The notes beneath the pieces were generated by a model. That model was given only the letters and a program-made list of their open reading frames with translations, was not told the DNA's origin and ran no database searches. The position numbers were made by a program, and so were the translations under genes. Positions 1 to 9,981 of a stretch of 64,000 nt of DNA are shown one piece after another (the first letter of the stretch is position 1; each line of letters opens with the position of its first letter). The DNA lies in the NCBI GenBank assembly GCA_001938485.1, contig MQRK01255023.1, positions 1-64,000 on the forward strand, written 5' to 3'. Origin of the DNA: Girardia tigrina (Eukaryota).

Positions 1-5
1 TAATA

Positions 6-331
6 ATGGAAAAAATTAAAATTCGAGCAATTTTCTTGTACGAATTTAAACTGGGTCGTAAAGCAGCAGAAACGGCTCGCAATATCAATAAAGAGTTTGG
101 CAAGGGAACAGCTTCTGAGAGCACAGTGCAACGATGGTTCCCAAAATTTTTTGATGGAGATGAAAACCTTGAAGATGAAGAACGTCGTGGTCGTCCAGAT
201 GCTGTGAACAACGACAATTTGAGGACAATGGTGGAAACAGATTACCGTACAACAATCAGAGAACTTGCAGAAGGGTTGGGCATTAGTCATTCAACAGGCC
301 TGGATCATTTAAAACAACTTGGAAAAATCAA
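6..331 (+). mobile_element. Mariner (Mos1-type) transposase, N-terminal HTH region, truncated
   Basis: MEKIKIRAIFLYEFKLGRKAAETARNIN...STVQRWF..F..GDENLEDEERRGRP...TTIRELAEGLGISHST...HLKQLGKIK is a typical mariner HTH. Homology stops at about 331, where an antisense Gypsy fragment begins. Its start (taataatggaaaaaattaaaattc) is identical to the start of the minus-strand copy at 63572. Confidence 0.9.
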
Positions 332-344
332 GATATATATGTTT

Positions 345-1510
345 GAAGTATTGGTACCTTAATGTCCTTGTGCCTTGCAATTCGCGAATTTTAGATATGG
401 ACACTATCTCCGAATATGTTCTTTGGCGTGGAGTCCGTAACACTGTTTAACGTTTTCGGGGCATTACTTTTCTCACATGCACAGTTTTTCTACAATTGAA
501 ACATTCAATCACCTTACTCGCTGGCATCTGATATATCTGTTAGTTTCTTTGATCATAAATGTCATTTCGTTTTATTAATGCCGATCGGAACTCTCTTGTC
601 TGTTGGAAACGATTTGTTTCCCCGAAATACATTCGTAAAAGTTTTTTTTGTTGCAATAACGCAATCTCGTTGCATTGTACTTCAGCCTTGATGTGATCCA
701 TTTTTTCGATTACCGTTTTAATGGAATCTGGAACTTTCATTTCTTGCACAAAAATTTGCGTCTTAATTGACACATCCTCGACACAATGGGTGAGGAAAAA
801 GGTCATTAATTCATGTTTGTTCCACTTGTATAGCAATACTCTGACCACCATTTATTCAATTTTGTTGAAAAATACTGTCGCTGAGTCGGTTCACTTCATG
901 TATGTTATCAACTCGTTGAGATCCTGGATTAGGGACCATGGCCGTTTAAAAGCCCTTTTCAATCTATCCTGGAAATCCATGATTTGCTTATCTACTGTTT
1001 CGTACGTGGCTAACATATCACGGTCCACGAAAGCTTTAACGATTTTCACCTGAATAGCCTTGTTGATATACGCTACTTCAAAGAATCTTTGGCAGTCGGC
1101 TTTGAAATCTTCTATGTCCTGTGATCCATCATAAACCTACTGAACCAGATTTCAGATGAGACTGGCCGTGGTCAACGTGTAAGAGGATTCTATAATAATT
1201 AATGAACTAATACAAAACAGAAAATATATATTTGTGATTTAAAAATTACATGCGTTGTTAATATTATTTAAACAAATTCAAGAGATTAATTGAAATATTT
1301 TGGATCATTTATTGTGATGTATTTAGAATAATGAAGATAATATAAATAACATTGTGGTGTCGGCGGATCGAAGCTTCGGCAGTGGACCTGAAAGTCTCGT
1401 ATCCTCTCCTGGGTGGCCGGAGACTGTAATGCATCAAAGGGAGCGCCGATCGCCGACTCACAAATATTACCGTAATTTTATGACATACTAACGTATGGGC
1501 CGTCATCACA
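345..1510 (-). mobile_element. Ty3/Gypsy fragment: probable 5' LTR (about 1178-1510) plus degenerate gag with three CCHC knuckles
   Basis: The minus strand reads ...VYDGSQDIEDFKADCQRFFEVA...FQDRLKRAFKRP...LLYKWNKHEL..., which aligns by eye to the gag at 56462-55800, then CFNCRKTVHVRK*C / CYGLHAKEHIRR*C / FANCKAQGH. Segment 1178-1510 is bounded by TG...CA. It has several in-frame stops. Confidence 0.75.
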
Positions 1511-1793
1511 CCCATTCATATCTCCAAATAAATATCCATTATGGTCGGTCAAAATCTACAAACAAATTCCAAAAGTTTTCGGGGACAGTTGAATGATGTT
1601 GCCGGTGTAGCAGATCGTATTGATGATGTTCCGAGTGGCCGCTTTATCAATTATGTTAGAGATCTCTGGCGGCACTGTCCACGATGCCACCGATGTCGGA
1701 AATTTCTTTGGAAATGTTTCCCAAAAGACCAGATTTATAATTTTTCAAAAAAATATTAATCGACAACAATCGAACAAATTAATATTTAAATTA

Positions 1794-2042
1794 ATTTTGT
1801 TAATTAAAAAAACAACTTTATTCCATTTGATTTTGTTTCAATACTTCAAATAAATACAAATTCTTTTTTCTATTGGCATTAGTATAATTGGTATTGACTG
1901 TTGCCGAATGTGGTGGCGGTGCACAATGAATTTAAAATCATCACACTGAATATCGATTTAAATCGTAAGTAAAAATTTGTATTTATTTGAAGTATTAAAA
2001 CAAAATCAAATGAAATAAAGTTTTTTTTTTAATTAACAAAAT
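1794..2042. repeat. AT-rich fold-back/MITE-like inverted repeat (about 75-bp arms)
   Basis: attttgttaattaaaaaaacaactttattccatttgattttgtttcaatacttcaaataaatacaaatt (1794 onward) is the near-perfect reverse complement of 1973-2042. Confidence 0.7.
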
Positions 2043-2274
2043 ATCTGTTGAAATATTTCTTTTATTTCTTTCTTTTTCTATATCCATACTATCACATTTT
2101 TCATTATTTTCTTTATTTAAACTATCTAATTCACACATTTTTAAAGGAAAATTTTCATACGTTCATAAACATACATCTGCATTGACTTTCTAATGAAGCA
2201 CACTTATCAACTTTCCCTCTGAACAAGTGTCCTCGTTTCCCTGATCATCTTTGAATTTTCTTTAATTTCTAGGA

Positions 2275-5128
2275 CAAATTTGTTCAACCTTTTCGATCTA
2301 ACGAGCTTATTTTCAGAACAAATGGAGAGTGACTAAATTCAAATACTTTTTGTTTTAGTACAATTTAATTTACAAAAAAAGTTACCGTTAAAAAAAGCAT
2401 TTATATTGCATTTAATGAGATGGTTGACATTGAACATTATCAGCTATTTTGAATAATTAGGTTCATAATTACTGACAGCTAAAAATAAGCAGTCGTCAAG
2501 ATGATTTTCAGTTATACGTGTACGATATTTAGATTTAATATAATTCATATGAGAAAATGACGATTCGCATAAATATGTGGATGCAAAACATGAGTGGACT
2601 CTAAAATAAGTATCTTTTAATAGCGGGTATTTCTCAATCGTAATTAACCTCCATATTTCAAGTTGATCATCCGATTTCAAGCCAAGATCGCATTGTAGTT
2701 CATTAATTCCATTTCTAAGCACCCTACGTTCATACTAAATTCTTCTCCGATTAGTACAGCTATATGTTCAATATTTATTTTAGAAATTGGTGTTCATAAA
2801 AACGATGTGATTGGACGATGTTTTCAAATTTCATAAATCTTTGTTGAAATAGGACAAATATGTTTTGCAATATATTACCAAATTATTTATAATCACAAGT
2901 TTTTGTATTTGAACTCATTTTGTCTTTTAAATTTGAGAAATGTTTCAGATCATTTTTATTAATCTGAGATATCCATAATTCCAGTTTAATTTTAAATATA
3001 TGCACTGTTGGGTCTCCGGGAGACGATTATAAATTTCTCGAAGACCAAACAAAAATTATTTCAGCTGGTTTGACCGATCTAAGTGATGTGCTTAGAACGG
3101 CCGGTCAATTTTTATGATTTACGAACTTTATCGATTACTTTTAAGAATTTAATGACAACATATAAAGACAAATTTCGAATAAAATTTATTAATTAATTAC
3201 AATAGTTACAAATAAATATAAGTAAAAAATAGCCTGACGAATTTTATGTGTCTAGTTAATTTTTGATTGGAGAGGCCACCCCCCAATATCACAAGTCAGT
3301 TTACTTGCAGACGATTTTAATGTAGATATAAATATAATTTTAAAAAGAAAACTTTACTTTAATTTATTAAAAATTACTTTAATTTATTTAAAATTTAATT
3401 ACTCGAAAATTATATGAAAAAATAATATGAATAGAATTATCCTGTGATTCTGGATTCCTTCTTTTCTCAATATGTTCTTTCTAAGATTCAACAATGATTT
3501 TTCTTGAATTCTTTTCCAATTATATCTTGTCAATTAACCGAAATTTTAATGATTCAATAATGATTCTTCTTGGATTATATCCCGTCAATCCATCAAAATT
3601 TAATAATTCAACCCAATATAAATAAAAATAATTAAATTTAAGTATTTATTAAATAATTAAGAAAAATAATAGTATTCTACTATTATTTGATAATTTTTAT
3701 TTGTTTTATCCAACACTACAAAGGTAATCATGTCGGTTATTGTTTGGTTTTTTCCTTGCCAATCTAGATTAATTCCATTTAATTTTATTGTAAGATCCGT
3801 TAAAAATGCCAATTTCTGCAGCCAAATCTTGTCCTGAAGTAAAACAGCATAGTGATCGTTTTTTTGTCTTGAAATTCCTTTATATGTGGTACTAGCTTGC
3901 GTAATCTTTCTAAAACAACCATCTTTCTTTTGACAACCATCTTACTGAATTATGTAGAAATAAATCACCGTATTCTGCATCAATACTATCTAAAGGTGAT
4001 TGAAATAGTCTTCTTTGTAGTGCTTTTGCCCGAATTGTAATAATGATTTTAATCGTAGCATTCATAACATCATCAAGGTTCAACATTTTATCACATAATG
4101 CTTGTTGATGAATTATACAGTGATATGTAATTAATTTAGGAAAATCAATATCTCTTTTACAAAAAGCTAAAAATCCATTTTCGAAACCTTTCATATAAGA
4201 ATCACCATCAGTAGTAATAGAAACGAGCTTCTGAAGAGGAAGAATTTCAGATAATACAAAAGCTTTTAAAATATTGTAAATGTCTTCTCCTCTTGTTCTT
4301 TCTTTCAAATATAGAATTTTAAGAAATTCTTCCTTCGTTGTTGAATCAGTAAAAACTAAACGTACAAAGATCTTCAGCTGGGACATATCACAATTGTCAG
4401 TTGATTCATCAAGATGGAATGGAAACCATGAACGCTCTTCAAAATCCCGTTTAATTTGTGATCGCAAGTCAATTGCCATGATTTCAACACGTCTTGTTAC
4501 GGTTTGTCTGGAAAGCTGCATATTTTTGATAGCATCAACGATTTCCATTTAATTAATACAATTTTGAAATAAGCTGTCTGCTGATGCCAAAAAGGCATCT
4601 TTGAATATATCACCATCTGTAAAAAGGTTTTTATGCTGCATAAAAATTCGACAAACACGAAGAGATGCAACCGTTTATTACAATTTTGATTTATTACAAC
4701 TTTTTTAAACAAAGATTGCTGTATATTTAGAGATCTTTTCAATTTTTATACTTCTTTTTTTCTTTTTAATAGAATTTCGGAGGAAATTCTCTTAAAAATT
4801 TAAATTTAGGGAAAAAATTTAAAAAATTATTGGCTTATTTAATTGAAAATTTGAAAATATTTGGTTTTATTTTGTCGTAAAATATAAAATTTTACCGACG
4901 TAACAAATGAAAAGAATTAAAGAACGTTATTTGTAATGGTTTGTAAATTATAATGATTTAAACTATATTTGCATTCCAATAATGAAATAAATTTCAAATG
5001 TTTGCTTTCAAAAATTTTAGTTATTAGAGGCAATTTTTTTTAGCTTTAAATATAAATTCTCTCGGGATCGACTTAAAATTTCTTACCGAACGACCAGTCG
5101 ATCGCAATCGACACGTTGGGCACACTGG
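2275..5128 (-). mobile_element. hAT (Charlie/Buster, GTF2IRD2-like) DNA transposon, degenerate, interrupted by a solo LTR
   Basis: Perfect 8-bp TSD TTCTAGGA (2267-2274 and 5129-5136) and degenerate 15-bp TIRs. Transposase motifs: LDESTD, SITTDG, HCIIHQQAL, VRWLSK, and C-terminal FASTYLCESSFSHMNYIKSKYRTRI (ORFs 3910-4548, 2444-2722). Confidence 0.9.
3006..3715. mobile_element. Solo LTR inserted in the hAT transposase
   Basis: Termini TGTTGGG...TCCAACA. Removing it rejoins hAT coding sequence (...DMITFV / HIFKIKLELWISQI). The flanks GCAC and CTAC are each one mismatch from a GTAC 4-bp TSD. Confidence 0.7.
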
Positions 5129-5136
5129 TTCTAGGA

Positions 5137-6208
5137 TATTCTTGTTTTGCAGAATCTTTTTTTCTATCGGTTTCTTCGTTATAGACTTGTCTTGAACAGT
5201 TTTCTCGTCCATACAATTCCTCATCTAATTCGTCCAATTCCGCTACTGTGTATTTCCTATTTGAGTTCGTCTGTCAATCTCTATATCTTTGATTCGAGTA
5301 ATTTTTCTATCATTTTCCAATCGATTTCTTCCATTATCCCGTTTCCATTGATCGCGTTCCTTAAACCTATTCGGGTTTTCATAACATTGTGTTCTTGTGT
5401 GTCCTCTTTTCTTGCAATGATTACATTTCACATTTAGAGACTCTCTTCTAACATGCCCTTCTTCATTGCATGCCCAAAAGGTAATTTTTCTGGCTTTAAA
5501 ATTTCTTCTTGTATCTTCTGCAATTTCTCTATTCCGTAGTCTTGGTGTTCTCTTTTTATTTTCCACTGTTTTCTATTCATTTTCTATTTTTGTGTTATGT
5601 GCTGCCACAGGTGCGTTTCTTTTCTTTTTATCATGTTCAAACATTCTCGTTTGAATTTCTTCAATCTCATCAGATTTCGTGATACCTTGTATGGCTATTG
5701 GTTTTTGGGCGTCATCTCATTTATCAAATTAGCGTATACTAAATTCGATAGTTCTTTCTTATCCAAATTTTTCTCTACTAATTTTTATATTATTTCGTCT
5801 GCTTTCCTAAATATTATTGTTGGGTTGCTGGAGCCAATACTGAACTCTATCATTAAATCTAGGATGGTTTTTTACTTTTAGAACGCTGCTCTAAGTTTCT
5901 CTTCACGATGTTTCGCCTGGTGCTGTTTCAAACTTTATTATTGCATCCAGAGTCATGTATGGTGTCATTAATGAAATTTTCCTTTCCTCTGAAAATCCCA
6001 TTATCTTCGCATTCCTATTGAAGTTTTATATAAGTGCTTTCACTGTTGTCTCAGATGCATCGAATGTCTCTGGACCTTTGATGTTCGGAGTCACGGGGTC
6101 GTGTGTCGCCATATCAAGAACACCAATATGAATTTTAATATTTTTATTAATAAAACAACTTTGATTGTCCTCTGGACAATCTATGTCAAAACTTTCGTTC
6201 GATTGCAT
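5137..6208 (-). mobile_element. Ty3/Gypsy gag fragment with 3' end of its 5' LTR (continues at about 2266-2050 beyond the hAT insertion)
   Basis: The LTR end ...ggtgttcttgata is followed by TGGCGAC (PBS-like). The gag reads MATHDPVTPNIKGPETFDAS...KLRAAF..., with knuckles FWACNEEGHVRRES and CNHCKKRGHTRTQC. The LTR end resembles the solo LTR at 62056-62585. Confidence 0.75.
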
Positions 6209-6399
6209 CCGCCTAATTAATTATTGACTTTATTCTTATTATATGAGTAACTAGACATTTACATAAATTTTTAAAATATTTTTTTCCAAATTTATTGGTT
6301 TAAATACAAATGAAAATTAATTATTTAAAAATGAAAATAGAAATAATCAACTTTGTAAGTAGCATTTATGCCAATTTCGTTATCATTAGGATCAAGATT

Positions 6400-6625
6400 C
6401 ATAATTTAACACGGTGTTAAAGAGAAAGTCCAACGGCCCTCTTCAGGGCCAGAAATCATGATTGTTTCGACCTTTATTGTCGAAAGCTGCTACTGGATGA
6501 AAGCGAGAATCCAGCTGGCTGTTGTGGTCGAAATTTTTTTACCGAAATCGAGGGCCGTGCCATGTGGTGATGACGCGATGGTAAACAATAATAATAACTA
6601 CAATTATATATCAATAATTATAATA
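6400..6625 (+). mobile_element. Possible 3' end of a non-LTR retrotransposon with (AAT)n tail
   Basis: A GC-richer segment ends ...GAGGGCCGTGCCATGTGGTGA...GGTAAAC and is immediately followed by AATAATAATAA and a degenerate AAT tail. No diagnostic protein motif. Confidence 0.3.
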
Positions 6626-7469
6626 ATTAAACTACTTACAATTCCTGGTAGAAATTAAAAAGAAATTTGAAAAATTAAACATAGACTTCGAAACAAATAA
6701 TAAATTATAAATACTAATAATTAATTATAATATACGATTTAAAAATTAAAACTGAAACATTCAAAGACAAAACTTAGCTTCCCTGTCATACATAACGGTC
6801 TTTTCCTACTATTTATATGTATGTGTGTTTATTTACATGTGTCAGTCACAAACGATTATTCACCTACATGTAGGTGATCCGGTTGACTTGTTTCTGAAAT
6901 AAAAACAATATGCTGCGAGAAACACTAGTCACATGAACTTTGTCTTTCATGTAATGAAATCCGAAATTTTTGTTTATTATGGCAATACCTTTGGAGGCAA
7001 CTTCGACAAATATTGAATGGTGAGAATCTTGAAAAGAAATTTTGCCTACATTTTTATTATTTGCCGATTGATCCATTCCATTCTCGCCACGAGTGTTTCG
7101 TCTGAATCGGCATTTAGCTCAGTTGGACATTTGTTATGTAAAATCGTTCTAATGTTGCTCAATCTATTGTTGATAAACTGGTATTTTTAAAACCTGTCCG
7201 TGTTTATCTGTGACATTTGTATAGCAATACATTTAGTTGGGATTCTACACATAAGATAGAATTAGCGAATGCGACATTCAAAGTATTGCGACTACATAAA
7301 ATCTGAAATACAATATCCACAATCAAAGAATTTTTGTGCTAAATTCATTGAGTGAGACAAATATGTAACAATGATGTGCTTATTGGGACAATACAATTAT
7401 ATTTGTATCAACTGTTCGAAAAAAATGTTTGTTTAGGAATTTCCTACAAACATTTTATGCAATAAATTT

Positions 7470-8663
7470 ATAATCCAAAGAATTATCGAAATGAATGGAC
7501 TTTGAAGAAAATATAGCTTAGTAGCGTGTTTCTCCATGAAGTAAGATATCGTTCAAACGCTTTTATAACGTTTATTATGCTAAAAAATACCGTTTAAACG
7601 TTTAGAAAATTTTAAAACGTACCCATGTCTAACAGTGACTTGCAGTTAACAGCAAATTATAGCCGAACGTGTTGCTACATAATATGATTGTGATTCTTTC
7701 TTTCGACATTTTGCAACCAACGCATTTGTCTTTGAATTTGGATAACAGATGGATGATGGTGATCTTCATGAATGCATCAGCAATCACAAAATACGAAAGA
7801 CGACCAAATGAAGGAAACTCTAGGCAAGGAATGTTTACAGATTATAGACATGTATATAATAAAGACCAGGAAAACGAGGATGCATGATCACAAGGAGAGG
7901 GGATCAGTGTCCATTAAAAAGTAAAAATTTTGGTGTATCTGATTGTGTGTAAAATGATTGAGTGTTGGAAGATACCCCTATCGCAGTTTGCGAATTAGAT
8001 TATTGGAAAGAAGTATATGATACATACTGTTTTAATAATGAAATAAAAACAAATCAGAAGAAGTTTAATAAGGAAGAAATGTTGAAAATATGAAAGCTTA
8101 ATATTAGCAATAATATAATAATTTATGATATATTAGATATGATATATGACATCACTTGATTCAATTTTACATATACATATTTAAAATTGTAGAAAAAATA
8201 TATAAATGATTTAATGTACAAACTAATAAATACATTTAGTAATTAAATACATACTCAAGGAGGTATCTGACACGCATAGTACAAGATTGCAAATGTTCTT
8301 GATTTATTATTAAGTCTCCTGATTTGTACTGAATCTGAGGTCAGGGTTATCTTGGAATTTAAAGATTTCATTTTTGATCAGATAACAAAAGCATTATTGA
8401 ATTTATAATCCATGGAATTATAGAAATGAATGGACTTTGCAGAAAATAAAGTCTCCATGTTTCTCCATGAAGTTACAGATCGTTTAAACATTTTTAAAAC
8501 GTTTATTACGCTAAACGAAGACCGTTTAAAAGTTTAGAAAATTTTAAAAACTGCCCACGTCTATCAATGAAATTAGATTTCGTTTAAACGTTTTTTAAAC
8601 GTTTAATTTGCTAAACGAAGATCGTTTAAACGTTTAGAAAATTTTAAAACGTGCCCACGTCTA
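7470..8663. repeat. Three direct copies of a DNA-transposon-like terminus (reverse complement TAGACGTGGGCA) with AAACG subterminal repeats
   Basis: Copies end ...gtttagaaaattttaaaacgt(g/a)ccca(c/t)gtcta at 7631, 8563 and 8663. The first two share about 160 bp upstream. Confidence 0.65.
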
Positions 8664-8916
8664 TTAACACCACAAGTTTTATTTCTAACAACAATTCACA
8701 TATTTAAACAAATTTCTTGTTAATTCAATTTTCTCGCCAAAAATTAATCTATTAATTTTATTTTCAATTCAATTTTTAAAATTTAGCAAATTTTAAAACT
8801 TTAAATTTATAAAATAATTTTTACATTAAAACTAAAAATTTATTTAAAATTATTTCATAACTTTTATTAAAATATATCAATTGTTAAGACTGTAAAAATA
8901 TTTTTATTTATAAATA

Positions 8917-9729
8917 TGTTGGGTTTTTAATTATTAAAAATTATCTTTAATTCAATTATTCACTTTTAAAAACACAAATCTTAAATCTTTATCTTTAATC
9001 GTAAATCTCTTTTCTTAATTCCTTAATCAATAATCTTTAATCAATAATTCTCAATCAATAATCTTTAATCAATAATTCTCAATCAATAATCTTTTATCTT
9101 TTGATCTGACTCCAATTATTCAGAAAGGTCTTCCAACAAATATATGAATAATGAACGCAAATTCTTTTATCAAACTTTATTTCAAATAACAAATATCAAC
9201 AAGTTACAAATAATAATAATAATTCAATTCTTTGATGACAGAATACAAATACAATCAATATTTCGTGCGAGTTAACAGATTACAGTAAAAACTGTGAATC
9301 TCCCAAAACGAACGATGCTTTGATTTAAACTTAGAACTCTTCTATAACCTTGTTCTCCAATAGAGGATACTACCGGTTTTGTTCAAGTTTGAAAAGTGTA
9401 AAGTAAATATTAATAATAACTCTACTTACGAACAATTCTCTTCAGTTAAAATTTCTTGCAGATATTTTCGGGCAAACTAAGACTGAATTTGATGTTGTTT
9501 ATATAGTAATTTTCCTCAGCCTTGAAAATTGATGAGATAAAACAAAGAGTAAAATATTTATAATTTTTGATGAAGTAAAACAAATATTTATAANTTTTAA
9601 TTCCAAGTTTTGTTAAACTAAATATTATTTTATTTGAAATTAATAATTTTACTAAAAGAATTATTTAAAAATTTTCCTTTATAAAATTTTATCAAAAGTG
9701 TTCACATGTATTTTTTCGGAACCCTAACA
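8917..9729 (-). mobile_element. Solo LTR (813 bp)
   Basis: Termini TGTTGGG...CCCTAACA with 4-bp TSD AATA (8913-8916, 9730-9733). Minus-strand TATA-like (about 9499-9507) and AATAAA-like (about 9177) motifs. Internal tandem repeat tcaataatctttaatcaataattctcaa at about 9026-9092. Confidence 0.75.
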
Positions 9730-9981
9730 AATAAGTATTTAATCTTTAATGGTTTTCTTAATTATATCATTTTTAATTTTAAAATATTTAATAAACATAT
9801 TAACATAAAAATATTTTTATTTTTAATTTAAAACTTTTGTATTTATTTACTTTTTTTCAACTTTTAAATGAAAAAAATAATAAAATATTTTGGTGAAATG
9901 CAAAATTAAATTAACCCCTCATAAACTTATTTAAAATTTTATAATTATTTTAAATTAGAAATAAACTTTAAGATTACATAT

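Noticed and set aside
6-362. 118-aa ORF as an intact gene or SETMAR-like gene
   Set aside because: Chimeric: a mariner HTH truncated at about 331 runs into antisense Gypsy sequence; no catalytic or SET domain.
6864-7305. Possible minus-strand host exon (AG at about 7304, GT at about 6863)
   Set aside because: All three frames contain stops across the interval and no protein family is recognisable.
7470-9100. Repeats resembling a CRISPR array
   Set aside because: Units are degenerate, irregularly spaced TE termini or LTR-internal tandem repeats in eukaryotic DNA; no cas genes.
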